The notes beneath the pieces were generated by a model that searched no databases, was not told where the DNA came from, and was given only the letters and a program-made list of their open reading frames with translations. A stretch of DNA of 64,000 nucleotides from a virus. Positions 22,367 through 33,060 of this stretch are shown one piece after another. The stretch is taken from IMG/VR virus record IMGVR_UViG_3300013117_000027, one strand, 5' to 3'. Every line of letters starts with the position of its first letter. Positions within the stretch are counted from its first letter, which is position 1. The translations under genes were made by a program, and so were the position numbers.

Positions 22367-24405
22367 TGGCATATTGGAACGAGTTACTTATAACTTGCTT
22401 AGATGAAGATGGAAGACTACGTTTATATACAATGGACGATATAGGTAGTACATCTATGACACTTGTATCTGATAGGAGTGATAAATACGATAAAGAATGG
22501 AATAAAAAACGTATAAAACAAGTCGATCCATTACCTTCTAACTTTGATTTTAATGGCAAAACTGTCGATGAAGCTTATCACCTAAAGTCTGGTAAGAAAA
22601 GATTAAGATATGACCAATGTTCAAATACATGGACATCGAAACACGATAAGACTTACTATCTTACCACATACCCTACTATCTATCTAGGTAATGTTTTTAT
22701 ACATAATGTGAGATCTTACTATGAGAATAACTATAAGATAGAAGACGATTTCTTTGGACAAGGATGGTACGATGTATCTTATGGTAATTTTACACCTCTG
22801 ACTCACGGACACCAAGAATATTTAGATAGTATAGATCATGAACAAGGGATGTTTATTAATAAGATCCAAGGACCCGGAACAGATAAGACAGATAGTATTG
22901 TTTATATTAACTCTAGAACATACAATAGTCAGTCTCAACCAGGATATAACTACGTAGTTCAACCTATTGATATTCTTACTAACTACTCAGGTGTATACTT
23001 TGGTTATCCTGAGTTTGATAATGATGATCTTGGTAATAATCTGATAGTAAAACTAAAAGATTTAGATTCTGCATCAGATACGTTACGAGATATCTCTATA
23101 AAAGGATATTTTAACGTACAACCTAACTACATGGACGATGAGTATGATGGTCAATCAGCAGGAGACGGTGGGAATGAAGTGATACTTCCTCATTTGTACG
23201 GAGCTAGTCCTAGAATGGATCATGTTACGAGCATTAGTGATGAACAAGTGAAGTTTACTGTCACGTGGGAAGATAAAGAGTACAAAGATTATACTGGTGA
23301 GAACTACACCGGTCCACATATATCTGAGAATAACTATACATTAACAGGATGGATAAATCCTACTCTTTACAAGTGGAATTCTGGTGCACCGTTGGCTTCA
23401 ACTGAGTTATACGTTAGCTATACGTTTATACCTCCTTTCTCTCAAGATCCTATTCTTACATACGGTGGAGTAGAGCAATCAGGATATGTATCAGTGTCAG
23501 AACTTGTTGTATCAGGAGAGTATGAGACTCCTGAATATATAGGTACTTGGTTACAATGGAAAGATACAGATGGAACATGGATAGATTTAGAGAGTAAACC
23601 TGATAGACATTATAGATTCGATACAGATGACTCTGCTAAGCAGATTCTAGGGTCTCCTGTACGAGCTAAGGTTGGATATGAGTTCATGGGCGGTAACGTT
23701 TATAGATACTCTAAGGAAGTATGTCCTTCTTACGATAACTACTTTGATATAAGTGAGATAACTGTAGCGTTAAGTGGTGTTAAATATGATAAACAAGCAG
23801 CTTCTAATGTTCCTTACTATCAGACATGGATACAGAGTGTTGGTGAACAGGTACAGGTTAACTCTATGGGCTCTACGTTCTTCACTGTTACAGATGTATA
23901 CGCTGAGGCAGAGTTTACTTTAGACGGAAATGCTAGAAATATACAAGGCAAGACAGTAGGATATATACCTTACCCTAAGTACATATGGTTAGTAGGCGTT
24001 AACTACGATAAGATATTCGACGCCAGTGCAAATACAAAGAACACATGGATGAGAATAACAGAAAACTTTGTTAACAAGGACAGGGTTAAAAATGGATATC
24101 AGTTAGCTTATCCTAATATAACAAGTAGTAAAGCTAATGATATGATAGATGACTGCACAGGTGGTCAGAATGTAGAGAACGCTGATGGTATAGTATGGAC
24201 CAGGTACGACGCTAGTATATGGTATGACAATCACAATGACGGTAGTTTTGATTCAAATGATTATACTATGAGTGTTAAACTAGGTGGCGGAAAATATGCA
24301 TTGTTTGTTATTGTACAAGATAGTACAGGATGGGCAACAGCTTACTGTCTTACTAATCCAAAAGATAACTACTTCGACTCGCCTACAAGATTCAAGTTTG
24401 AATAG
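22354..24405 (+). CDS. Hypothetical structural protein (alternative start 22366)
   Basis: 683-aa Y/D/G/N-rich ORF in the operon. Confidence 0.45.
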   Translation: MGNVMAYWNELLITCLDEDGRLRLYTMDDIGSTSMTLVSDRSDKYDKEWNKKRIKQVDPLPSNFDFNGKTVDEAYHLKSGKKRLRYDQCSNTWTSKHDKTYYLTTYPTIYLGNVFIHNVRSYYENNYKIEDDFFGQGWYDVSYGNFTPLTHGHQEYLDSIDHEQGMFINKIQGPGTDKTDSIVYINSRTYNSQSQPGYNYVVQPIDILTNYSGVYFGYPEFDNDDLGNNLIVKLKDLDSASDTLRDISIKGYFNVQPNYMDDEYDGQSAGDGGNEVILPHLYGASPRMDHVTSISDEQVKFTVTWEDKEYKDYTGENYTGPHISENNYTLTGWINPTLYKWNSGAPLASTELYVSYTFIPPFSQDPILTYGGVEQSGYVSVSELVVSGEYETPEYIGTWLQWKDTDGTWIDLESKPDRHYRFDTDDSAKQILGSPVRAKVGYEFMGGNVYRYSKEVCPSYDNYFDISEITVALSGVKYDKQAASNVPYYQTWIQSVGEQVQVNSMGSTFFTVTDVYAEAEFTLDGNARNIQGKTVGYIPYPKYIWLVGVNYDKIFDASANTKNTWMRITENFVNKDRVKNGYQLAYPNITSSKANDMIDDCTGGQNVENADGIVWTRYDASIWYDNHNDGSFDSNDYTMSVKLGGGKYALFVIVQDSTGWATAYCLTNPKDNYFDSPTRFKFE

Positions 24406-24413
24406 GAGAACTA

Positions 24414-25793
24414 ATGCCAAAATATAGTGATATTTTTATCAAAATTATGGATCAAGGGATTGATCCTGTTCCAATGACAATGCTGTCGAAGTGGAGTAAC
24501 GAAGGTAACTCTATTGTTCATGTTGAATCTTCTGGTCTTGTTCCTGAGAATATAGAGTTAAGAACATTACTGTATCCATCAGGTGCTGGGTTATCTAGTG
24601 CTACTATACAGTACTTACTAGATAGAGATAATACTAACATCTTGTTAGGATACGTACGGAACTCTGGGTACTATTTTAATGTACAACATTTCTATGATAA
24701 TCTTAGAAAGTATAAGTATGACCATGTAATAGCTCATGATGACCAGAATGATTACTACTTCCTAGCTTACTCAGCAAGTGCCATAGGTGAAACTTCTATA
24801 TTTCAGGAGGTTATAGCCGAGGTTCCAGGTGTAGTTCTTACAAAGCCTGCTGTTCCTAACCCTAATAACATATCGGTAGAAGCACAGGTACTGTCAGAGA
24901 ATCCTGAAGTGTCAGATATACAGTTATCTTTATACCATAAGCGAGAAATTAACAACTTCTGGTTATCAGATCCAGATCCTTACAAGGTTTATATCTGGGG
25001 TAAAGAAACTAATCTTTACTACGAGCCAGATGGCACACCTATACCGTCTCCTGGCCAGGCAACAGCTAACAACTTCTTCGAAGACTCTTTAAGTGGTATG
25101 TTTCTTACTCTTCCTTTTGTTTCAGGAGATATAGGTAGTTCTAAGAAGAGAACTTATGAGATATCTATGACTTACTATGATCAAGATGGTGATCAGACAC
25201 CGGCGATAACATTTGATACTGATAAGATCAACGAAAGTTCAGACCTTTTCGACGTAGGAGAGATAGAATCTTTCTTAGATGTTAAAGCTGAAAAGGTAGA
25301 AGAAATACCTATAAAGAAAGACGTTGTTCTAAAGAAAAGACTGGCTGTAGGAGTAGAAGATCTAGGTATAATGAACGAGTTATACTCTAAAGAAGGAGTA
25401 TACGTGTCAGAGTACTATAACCTAGACGATCCATTGTATACATTTTATATGAAAGCAGGGGAAACTCTTCCTGAAACTGACGGGTACAGTATTGTTAGGT
25501 ACTACGTACAGTTTAATAACCAGGATTGGGTAAGATTCTCTCCTGTAACAAGACTAAATGAGGTAGATGATGACGGGAACTTTTTACCAAAGTTCTTTGT
25601 TCTAGATGACCTTAATATAGGACATATATCTACACAGTTAACAGAGCTAAAGTACGACTTTCCTGTTTACTCGTTTAGGATTAGAATAGAGATAGATATG
25701 TCGTTCATGGAGACTAACAACTTTATATCTCCAGCTATAGACTATTACGAATGTCATGTGACAGATCGTAATTCATTCATGAGGGTTGAATAA
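24414..25793 (+). CDS. Hypothetical structural protein
   Basis: AGGAG RBS; C-terminal SPAIDYYE resembles neighbouring structural ORFs. Confidence 0.5.
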   Translation: MPKYSDIFIKIMDQGIDPVPMTMLSKWSNEGNSIVHVESSGLVPENIELRTLLYPSGAGLSSATIQYLLDRDNTNILLGYVRNSGYYFNVQHFYDNLRKYKYDHVIAHDDQNDYYFLAYSASAIGETSIFQEVIAEVPGVVLTKPAVPNPNNISVEAQVLSENPEVSDIQLSLYHKREINNFWLSDPDPYKVYIWGKETNLYYEPDGTPIPSPGQATANNFFEDSLSGMFLTLPFVSGDIGSSKKRTYEISMTYYDQDGDQTPAITFDTDKINESSDLFDVGEIESFLDVKAEKVEEIPIKKDVVLKKRLAVGVEDLGIMNELYSKEGVYVSEYYNLDDPLYTFYMKAGETLPETDGYSIVRYYVQFNNQDWVRFSPVTRLNEVDDDGNFLPKFFVLDDLNIGHISTQLTELKYDFPVYSFRIRIEIDMSFMETNNFISPAIDYYECHVTDRNSFMRVE

Positions 25794-28700
25794 TGAGCAT
25801 AAAGATAGAACTTTTATACGAGAAGATATTTCTTAACTTTACCACAGGAGTGTACGGTGTTCCTAAGATACCTACAGAACGTGAAATAGCTAAGAAGATA
25901 GAGGAAATCACTAAGGACGATGAAGATCCTATAACAAAGAATGTCATGCTTAAAGATGTGTTCATCGATGAGATTCATGATACTTTCGATGATGTTATAG
26001 ATGACCTTGATGTTCTTTATAATGCTATTGAGAATCAATCTATTAATATATTAGAACAACTTACTAACTCATTGAAAGAACACAATGGAGTTAAACGTGA
26101 ACTTAGAAATATAAAGTCTAGAGCTGACGATATTCGTGCAGGAAAACTGGGTAAGAATTATTTACAGTATGTTCACACAGAAAACTTCACAGATATGGAC
26201 AATCTTAATGTTACTAGGACTACAAATGATCCTGATACTAAGTCTCCTGTTGTAGATATAAAAGCAGGTACTATGTACATACCTAATGTTCTTTCTAATC
26301 TTGTAGATTTAACACATTATTATCAACGAAAATTAGACATTGTTAATACTGAATTCGTAGGTACTATAAAAGAAGCAGGGTATATGGGTATAGCAGATTC
26401 GAATATTATATTCGATGTTTCAGATGATAGACGACTTGTTTATAGAGTCCAAACAGATGTTCCGTCTGCTATGAAAACTTCGTTTGTTATACAATTAGAT
26501 CCTCAAAGAGAATCTATACAGATAAATGGTATAGCTATTAATGTTGATGCTGATAATACTGTTGGTCACTTAAGAGTTCAGTATAAAAAAGATACAGGAT
26601 GGGAAAACATCCCTGAAGTACCTATTTCGGAGATAACAAGTGATAGAATTCTATTAAGATTCGAGAACATAGAGACTACTCACCTTAAGTTTCAGTTTAT
26701 CAAACAGACACCTGATATACTAGATTCTAATGAATACTTTGTAGTGATAAATAACTTGTCTATATTTCATGCGTTAACCTATAAATCGTCTACTTATCAT
26801 TCTAAGTCTATTTTATTAGAACCTTATAATAACGAGAAACCTGTTATAGGAAATGTTGCTGTAGAGGCTAATGGGTATATTCCTGAAGGATGTGCAGCAG
26901 ACGTATACGTGTCTAAAGATAAGATTATACGTGGTTATTTTGTAGATGTTAATGATGAATATGTCCTTCCTACAAGTGCCCACGTGTATAAGTTTGTAGA
27001 AGATGAAGATCAGACTTATCCTACAAGACATGTTTTACTATCAGATATTTATAACAATTTAGAGGCTCAAGATCTTGATGATTATAGAAATATTGACTAT
27101 GACTGGCAGCTTGTTAAAAGTTTTACAGATGCTGATAGTATAAAACCAGCTATTATACAATTCATCGGTTCTGTAGACAAGGTTCCTAACGATAACAGAC
27201 TTTATAACGAACTTAATGTACTATTCGGAGATCCTGCATATACCGGTGAGTATCCTCAAAATCCTCATCCAGACAATCCAGACACATGGTTTTTATCAGG
27301 AGTAATAGATGAATCAAATCCTTATTGGGATCTTTACATGTCAGGTCTTGTAGCGTCTGGATACATAGCTAGTAGTGGTACTTATGGAGATCCTACTGGA
27401 TATCCTTTTAATTACTATGATTATTCAAGTCTTAGTTACCTTAAATTTGGAGAGATAATAGAATCTTTAGATGGATGGTACCGACCTAGTGTAGATATTG
27501 TTACTCCGTCTGGTTATAACGAGGTTATTCATGGAAGAGTTACAGAAAATGTACCAGATTATTACTTTAACGGTATACGATACTATCATGTATATAAGTT
27601 CTCATTAGATAGTAATGTAGTAGAATCTACTATAAAACTATACACTTACCAGACTGGTCCTAATACAGGCACGAGAGAAAGCTATGTATCTAATAACGGA
27701 GTATGGGTATATAATACCAAAGATGTTATAAAAAGTTTAGAATATTCTACAGCAGACCCTAATCCGTTCACAGATGATGATCCAATAGGACCTCCAGCGT
27801 CAGGTGCTATCTTGATACCTATTCCTTCTGGGGATGTATTTGTTCAAGACAGCGTTAGAGAGTTACATTATACCGGATATAATAATATACTACAGCGCGG
27901 AATACATTACGACGTCGTGTTAGACTATAGTCTTAATTGGTGGGTAGATATGTGGAAATCGCAGACTACAGAATCTTACTCTCCGTTACAGAACGTCGAG
28001 TTTACATACTCTTACAGAACAGAAGATAAATACGCTTCTTACTGGGAAGGGTACATTATAACAGGTGTAGATGGATCATTAACCGTACATCAACTGGTAG
28101 ACAGTGATAACGAAAATATTGTAAATAGAATTCTAATAGAAGATCTAGAAGGTAAGAGTATATACAACGACGTTATGGATGATGTAACAAAGATTGTGAC
28201 TATACCTAAAGGTGTTTATAGATATAAATTCTTCTGTCAGACAGACAACTATACAAAGTATGCTAAGAATAACTGGTCACCTTATTCTGATCAATTTGTA
28301 AAAACTAGTAGCGAAATGAAATTAGTGTCTAAAGTTGAACCACTTAACATAGTTGATTTTGATATCTTACTTCATAGTACACCATATGAACGCGACGATA
28401 GAGCAGCGTTAGTACATAAGAGAGACGGTAAATACCTAGTTGTTAAAGAACCATCATTAAATATAGTACAAGGATACTACTTCCACGCTGGTAAAAGTAT
28501 ATATCAAAATATTCCTGCTGATAGATCTCGTAATATAGGCCATTATCAACGTAAGTTTCTACAACATGTAGGTACTACTGGGTATTACTTAGAAGAATAT
28601 ATTACAGGTTCTAGTGGTAATATAGTTAACAGTACTACAGGAAGTCACTACAATGTAACATCTGGATATCAACAAGATCTTACCTGGAATGATGGTATAC

Positions 28701-29008
28701 TATATCCTGAGGACTTCTCTAATACACGTAATGATGTACAATACGCACAGCACTCATCTTATGGTTACTCATTACACATTGATGATGTAACAGATGAGTC
28801 TACATCTAGAGGACATTTATTTTATAATACCGCTGAAAACTTAGCCGATTTCTATACTATTACATACGGCGAAGTAGACACTGATGATCCTACAGTAGAT
28901 AGATTTCTTTATAAGATAGAGTTAAAGAGTGAACATAAGATTAATACTCCTATCTTAGAATCAGTTAAGTTTACAATGAACGTAATGGAGGAAGAATATG
29001 AGGACTAA
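25793..29008 (+). CDS. Large virion structural protein (paralogous family; SG-rich C-terminal half)
   Basis: 1071 aa; FDDVIDDLDVLY...ENFTD...VDIKAGTMYI pattern. Confidence 0.5.
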   Translation: MSIKIELLYEKIFLNFTTGVYGVPKIPTEREIAKKIEEITKDDEDPITKNVMLKDVFIDEIHDTFDDVIDDLDVLYNAIENQSINILEQLTNSLKEHNGVKRELRNIKSRADDIRAGKLGKNYLQYVHTENFTDMDNLNVTRTTNDPDTKSPVVDIKAGTMYIPNVLSNLVDLTHYYQRKLDIVNTEFVGTIKEAGYMGIADSNIIFDVSDDRRLVYRVQTDVPSAMKTSFVIQLDPQRESIQINGIAINVDADNTVGHLRVQYKKDTGWENIPEVPISEITSDRILLRFENIETTHLKFQFIKQTPDILDSNEYFVVINNLSIFHALTYKSSTYHSKSILLEPYNNEKPVIGNVAVEANGYIPEGCAADVYVSKDKIIRGYFVDVNDEYVLPTSAHVYKFVEDEDQTYPTRHVLLSDIYNNLEAQDLDDYRNIDYDWQLVKSFTDADSIKPAIIQFIGSVDKVPNDNRLYNELNVLFGDPAYTGEYPQNPHPDNPDTWFLSGVIDESNPYWDLYMSGLVASGYIASSGTYGDPTGYPFNYYDYSSLSYLKFGEIIESLDGWYRPSVDIVTPSGYNEVIHGRVTENVPDYYFNGIRYYHVYKFSLDSNVVESTIKLYTYQTGPNTGTRESYVSNNGVWVYNTKDVIKSLEYSTADPNPFTDDDPIGPPASGAILIPIPSGDVFVQDSVRELHYTGYNNILQRGIHYDVVLDYSLNWWVDMWKSQTTESYSPLQNVEFTYSYRTEDKYASYWEGYIITGVDGSLTVHQLVDSDNENIVNRILIEDLEGKSIYNDVMDDVTKIVTIPKGVYRYKFFCQTDNYTKYAKNNWSPYSDQFVKTSSEMKLVSKVEPLNIVDFDILLHSTPYERDDRAALVHKRDGKYLVVKEPSLNIVQGYYFHAGKSIYQNIPADRSRNIGHYQRKFLQHVGTTGYYLEEYITGSSGNIVNSTTGSHYNVTSGYQQDLTWNDGILYPEDFSNTRNDVQYAQHSSYGYSLHIDDVTDESTSRGHLFYNTAENLADFYTITYGEVDTDDPTVDRFLYKIELKSEHKINTPILESVKFTMNVMEEEYED

Positions 29009-29267
29009 GTTTATAACTTACAGTGAGGAGTTAAATGACGCGTTTACTGAAGCTTATTCTCACTACGTATACTTACTAGGATACGATGACTACGAAGGTA
29101 ATACTACATACAGTGGTCTATACGATATACTTGAACGTGAAGTTCAGTATAATAATCAAGAGTATATAATCTTAAGAAATGACTATATCCCTGATGAATA
29201 TAGTACTAGCATTCCTAAATATTTGGGAATGATTGATTATAAAATTAAGAAACTCGGGAGACAATAA
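28998..29267 (+). CDS. Hypothetical protein
   Basis: GGAGG RBS; coupled to the next gene. Confidence 0.5.
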   Translation: MRTKFITYSEELNDAFTEAYSHYVYLLGYDDYEGNTTYSGLYDILEREVQYNNQEYIILRNDYIPDEYSTSIPKYLGMIDYKIKKLGRQ

Positions 29268-30448
29268 TGACAACCAAGATTAATAGAAGAAAAACCTTAT
29301 CAGTATACCCTGATATAACCGAGATAGAGTATGGTTCAGCGATAGAAAGTTCAGAACTTAATAAACAACTTAGGTCTATCGAAGAGTCGGCTTTAAGAGC
29401 TATCTTAAGAGGTCGTGAACTGTCTTCTGAAGTACAAAGATTACAGTTAGGGGTTATAAAATCTTATCAAGCTATGTCTAACTTTGTTGGATCATTAGAG
29501 TATCAAGAAGATGGACTTTTATACGCTAGTACCTACGATGTAGATACTAATCTTACAGCAACTAGCGACGTTTTCTACGACTCTAACTACGGGTATACGT
29601 CTCTTAATCCTATAGGTTCTTACTCAAAGATTCCTAGAGGTGAAAACTATGACGGAAGAGTATCTCCTCAGGTTGTTATAGAGTTAGACAGTGTAGAAGT
29701 AGAACCTAACTCAGAGATATACGATGCACTTGATGGAACTAACAAAAGTTTTTGGTTACAAGAGACAGATAGCTCTTCTCATACAATAGATATACATTTA
29801 CCACCAGCTTTAACCAAGAGATTTAACTATGTGGAGTTATATCCATTTCCTTTATACGGATGCACTATAGATTCTGTAGAGTATATGCCTTTTAGAGGTG
29901 GTACACTAGAAGATGTTACAAAGAATATATACGGTATGAACCCTCTACAAGATAATAAGGGACAGGCTGTTAAGTTATACCTTTCTCCTAAAGAATACAA
30001 TGGTACAGTAAGGGTTACTGTTACTCCGTTAGATGGATACATAGGATTTAGTAATATAGATATAAAATTTCTAGATTTTGATAACACATCTAAACCTGGA
30101 TATTTACTGTTTAAAGGATTAGAAGGCAAAGACGATGGATATGGTATAACTGTCAACGAACTAACAGTAGATTGGTATTTTGATGGACCAGAAACGATGA
30201 TACTTTCAGACGAAACACCGGTTAGAATGTGGCTTTCTATTGGCGAGGTTAGTGATACAGATGGTACATTTACTTACACTACATTTAGACATCCTGTAGA
30301 GCTTGCTGATATAAGAACATTAACAGTAGATAAACCTCTTACTATTAATACTGGTGAAGTATTAGCGTTAGAATTTCAACTAAAAGAACATAATGTTACA
30401 ACACCTGTTATAAGAGGCGCTAAGATTTCTTATACGGAGACACCATAA
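29267..30448 (+). CDS. Virion structural protein (paralogous family)
   Basis: N-terminal helix followed by a discoidin/CBM-like segment (DALDGTNKSFW). Confidence 0.5.
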   Translation: MTTKINRRKTLSVYPDITEIEYGSAIESSELNKQLRSIEESALRAILRGRELSSEVQRLQLGVIKSYQAMSNFVGSLEYQEDGLLYASTYDVDTNLTATSDVFYDSNYGYTSLNPIGSYSKIPRGENYDGRVSPQVVIELDSVEVEPNSEIYDALDGTNKSFWLQETDSSSHTIDIHLPPALTKRFNYVELYPFPLYGCTIDSVEYMPFRGGTLEDVTKNIYGMNPLQDNKGQAVKLYLSPKEYNGTVRVTVTPLDGYIGFSNIDIKFLDFDNTSKPGYLLFKGLEGKDDGYGITVNELTVDWYFDGPETMILSDETPVRMWLSIGEVSDTDGTFTYTTFRHPVELADIRTLTVDKPLTINTGEVLALEFQLKEHNVTTPVIRGAKISYTETP

Positions 30449-30579
30449 TGAAAAGAATATATTTCTTGTATAGAACTACTAACTTGTTAAACAACAAAAG
30501 ATATTACGGAAAACATTCTACTGTAGATATTAACGATAGACTTAAGTCTACAAATTTTAACAATTATATGTATATATAA
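30448..30579 (+). pseudogene. Truncated GIY-YIG (Seg-like) homing endonuclease remnant
   Basis: 43-aa ORF MKRIYFLYRTTNLLNNKRYYGKHSTVDINDRL... matches only the N-terminal GIY-YIG motif; not in the ORF track. Confidence 0.65.
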
Positions 30580-30595
30580 TAGAAAGGAAATGCCT

Positions 30596-31518
30596 ATGCC
30601 ACGCCGGATATTACAACTAGACGGGGGCGGATGAGAGCTAAAGGACTTATACAGATAGCTATTCTTAAAGAGATAGAGAAAGTTACTGGAAAGAGGATAC
30701 ATGAACTGTTTGACATGATTGTTGCTACTAGTGTTGGAACAATACTAGGAGGGCCGCTGGCGTGCGGCGTTTCTGCTGTTAGCCTATTCGATACAATGTA
30801 TGAAGAGGTAGACAACGTGTTCGATACGACTTTTTGGAGGAGTATAAACTTCTTCGGAAATGGAAAGTACTCTAAGAAACCTGTTGTTAAGGTGTTAAGG
30901 AAGTATATAGACAAGAATGCTAAGATGCGTTCTACTATAATAAAACTTATATCTACATCTTACTGCGTGAATGATGGACGGAATCATTACTTTAAGTCAT
31001 GGGAGATAAAAGACGGCAGTTTAAACCTAATCGACGCCATCAATAGAAGCTACGCTGCGCCATACTACTTTGACCCGATTAATGATGATAAAGAAAAGAA
31101 GACATGGTTAGATGGAGGTATAGGGGATAGTAACTGCTCAATAGATCAAGCATGGATTGAAGCCGAGAGGTTAGGTTGGTTAAAAGATGAGGAAGTTGTA
31201 ATACTTTCCATAGGAACAGGTTATAGTGCTAAACATATACCTTATAAGAAGTCCAAGAAGTATAGAAATATCCGTAGCGTTGCTAAGGTGTATCTTAATC
31301 CTGGACAGGGTGGAGCTGCTAGAGCACAGGCGGTTGCAACAAAGATGGCAGCTGCAAGGGCTGTTGAAAGAATGGTAGATAATCTTACTATCGTAAGACT
31401 TGATACAAGGATTTTATCCAAGATAGACAAGCTAGATAAGGCTAAGTACAAAGATAAGTACGTTAAGATAGGCGAGAAGCTTGCTGCGAAACTAGATTAT
31501 AGAAAGTTAGGTTTATAA
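30596..31518 (+). pseudogene. Patatin-like phospholipase, frame broken after the DGGG loop
   Basis: MPRRILQLDGGG-stop (30596-30634), then AKGLIQ...ATSVG...AAPYYF...LDGG in ORF 30631-31518. Five extra nt (TGAGA) separate DGGG from AKG. Confidence 0.75.
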
Positions 31519-31874
31519 TGAATTATTCACCAGATTTAAGTAATAAGATAAGAGCCATGGACGCTGATATAAAGGCTTTAACGAAGAGAGTTGCAGACCT
31601 TGAAAATATACTAGGTATGTCTGTTAGTTTATCACACCTTAAAACTTCAGAAGAAGCTACTAAAGTGTTAATAAATAGCAATGCTCAGAATATAAGAGAT
31701 ATTGAAGAGAAGTTATCTAAGATAACTCTTCCAGATGACACTAGGTACTATCTAGAAGAGTCTGAGGTTCAAGATTTCAGATCAAACTTTCAAAAGCTCA
31801 ACGCATTGATGGTAGATGTTAGGAATCTGTACGATCAGATGGTTGCTTACTTAGCAAACAACACTCCTACGTAA
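31518..31874 (+). CDS. Small coiled-coil hypothetical protein
   Basis: Heptad-like helical sequence; TAATG coupled. Confidence 0.5.
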   Translation: MNYSPDLSNKIRAMDADIKALTKRVADLENILGMSVSLSHLKTSEEATKVLINSNAQNIRDIEEKLSKITLPDDTRYYLEESEVQDFRSNFQKLNALMVDVRNLYDQMVAYLANNTPT

Positions 31875-32898
31875 GTCTAACGCCTTCGTCCTCAAGACAC
31901 TTTACCCTGTAGTTACAATAAGAACATTTCTTATCGCCTGAACAGGATTGTGCTACAGGTTTACCTGTTTTATAGTTTTTACCAATGTGCTTGTTATACT
32001 TAGCAGTGGTAAGCCTTCCGCAATGAAACTCTTTATAAGCTTTATTATCATCCCACAATAGTTCATAGTCTTTAGGTGGTAACACTTGTTCTCTTATGTA
32101 AGAGTATGACTCATCGAATTTCTTGAATATATCATGAACACATATACGTAGTTCAGCTATTCTAGCCTGTTCTTGAGTAGCAACTGTAGAGTTTCTTTCT
32201 AGCTCATCGAACGATGGATGCTTCTGTGTTTCTATAGTTGTATACTCTCTACCAGACATATCTATTGGTGTTATTACTGGATAACCTTCAGCATCTAAGT
32301 CTATCTTAAAGAACATTGTTGTATAGTCGCCTCTATTAATGTACGCAAGGTATATCTCATCTACACTATGACTATCAATCTCTTCATGCATTGCTTTCCA
32401 TTTATATAACATGGCTTGCATCAAGTTGTTAGGTGCTGGTAACGGTTGACACATAGGTTCTCCCCATTTTGTACCAAATATTTTGTCCGCTTTAAAGCCT
32501 TCTACAGTCTTTATTTCGATACCTTTTACTTTTCCATCGTCAGCTATTATCTCATCGATTTTTCCGCTTAAAAGCACCTTATTCAGCGTCTCAGGCATTG
32601 TATATTCTATACGAACCTGTTCAGCAATGTGTTTGTTTGTATCTTTGAACTTTTTGATGAAGTGATCTTCATACATATTTCCAGAGTCGCAGATTCTTCT
32701 GACTCTTACAGCCATTTCATTGGTTGGTGGAACGCCCAGAGCCTTGTAAAATAGCTCTCTTTGACATGAGCCTACATTGAAGCTGCCTAGATTTGCTAAA
32801 GCCTCAGAAGGCCATCCTACGTTCACCTCACGGTAGGTAGGTTTTCTATCATTTTTGATGCGATCAATATCTTCTTTGTACTGGTCTTTTATAAACAT
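31867..32898 (-). CDS. Cas4-like PD-(D/E)XK exonuclease with Fe-S cysteines
   Basis: WPSEA..GSCQRELFY, SGKIDEII, IEIKT, QAMLY and C-terminal CSYCNYRVKC. Start moved to ATG 32898 on RBS AAAGGA and promoter position. Confidence 0.8.
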   Translation of the reverse strand: MFIKDQYKEDIDRIKNDRKPTYREVNVGWPSEALANLGSFNVGSCQRELFYKALGVPPTNEMAVRVRRICDSGNMYEDHFIKKFKDTNKHIAEQVRIEYTMPETLNKVLLSGKIDEIIADDGKVKGIEIKTVEGFKADKIFGTKWGEPMCQPLPAPNNLMQAMLYKWKAMHEEIDSHSVDEIYLAYINRGDYTTMFFKIDLDAEGYPVITPIDMSGREYTTIETQKHPSFDELERNSTVATQEQARIAELRICVHDIFKKFDESYSYIREQVLPPKDYELLWDDNKAYKEFHCGRLTTAKYNKHIGKNYKTGKPVAQSCSGDKKCSYCNYRVKCLEDEGVRLT

Positions 32899-32925
32899 AT
32901 TTTCCTTTCTATATAGTACTTTATA

Positions 32926-32954
32926 AATATACGTTATTTGCATATGATTGTCAA
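32926..32954 (-). promoter_or_regulatory. Sigma70-type promoter with TGCNAAT spacer element
   Basis: TTGACA-atcataTGCAAATaacg-TATATT, 17-nt spacer. Confidence 0.75.
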
Positions 32955-32997
32955 TACATATATAGTATAGGCTAAAATAAAAAAGTCAAAATAATCC

Positions 32998-33026
32998 TTG
33001 ACATTACCTTGCTAATCAGGTATATT
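32998..33026 (+). promoter_or_regulatory. Sigma70-type promoter with TGCNAAT spacer element
   Basis: TTGACA-ttacctTGCTAATcagg-TATATT. Confidence 0.8.
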
Positions 33027-33060
33027 AAGACTGCCGGGAGCCTTTAAAAACAGATAACAG

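Noticed and set aside
22340-22370. Programmed frameshift joining ORFs 20963 and 22354
   Set aside because: No clear slippery site, and an ordinary TAATG coupling at 22364-22368 explains the overlap.
314-31451. Numerous short antisense ORFs in the ORF track
   Set aside because: They are shadows of long sense genes, with no recognisable motifs.
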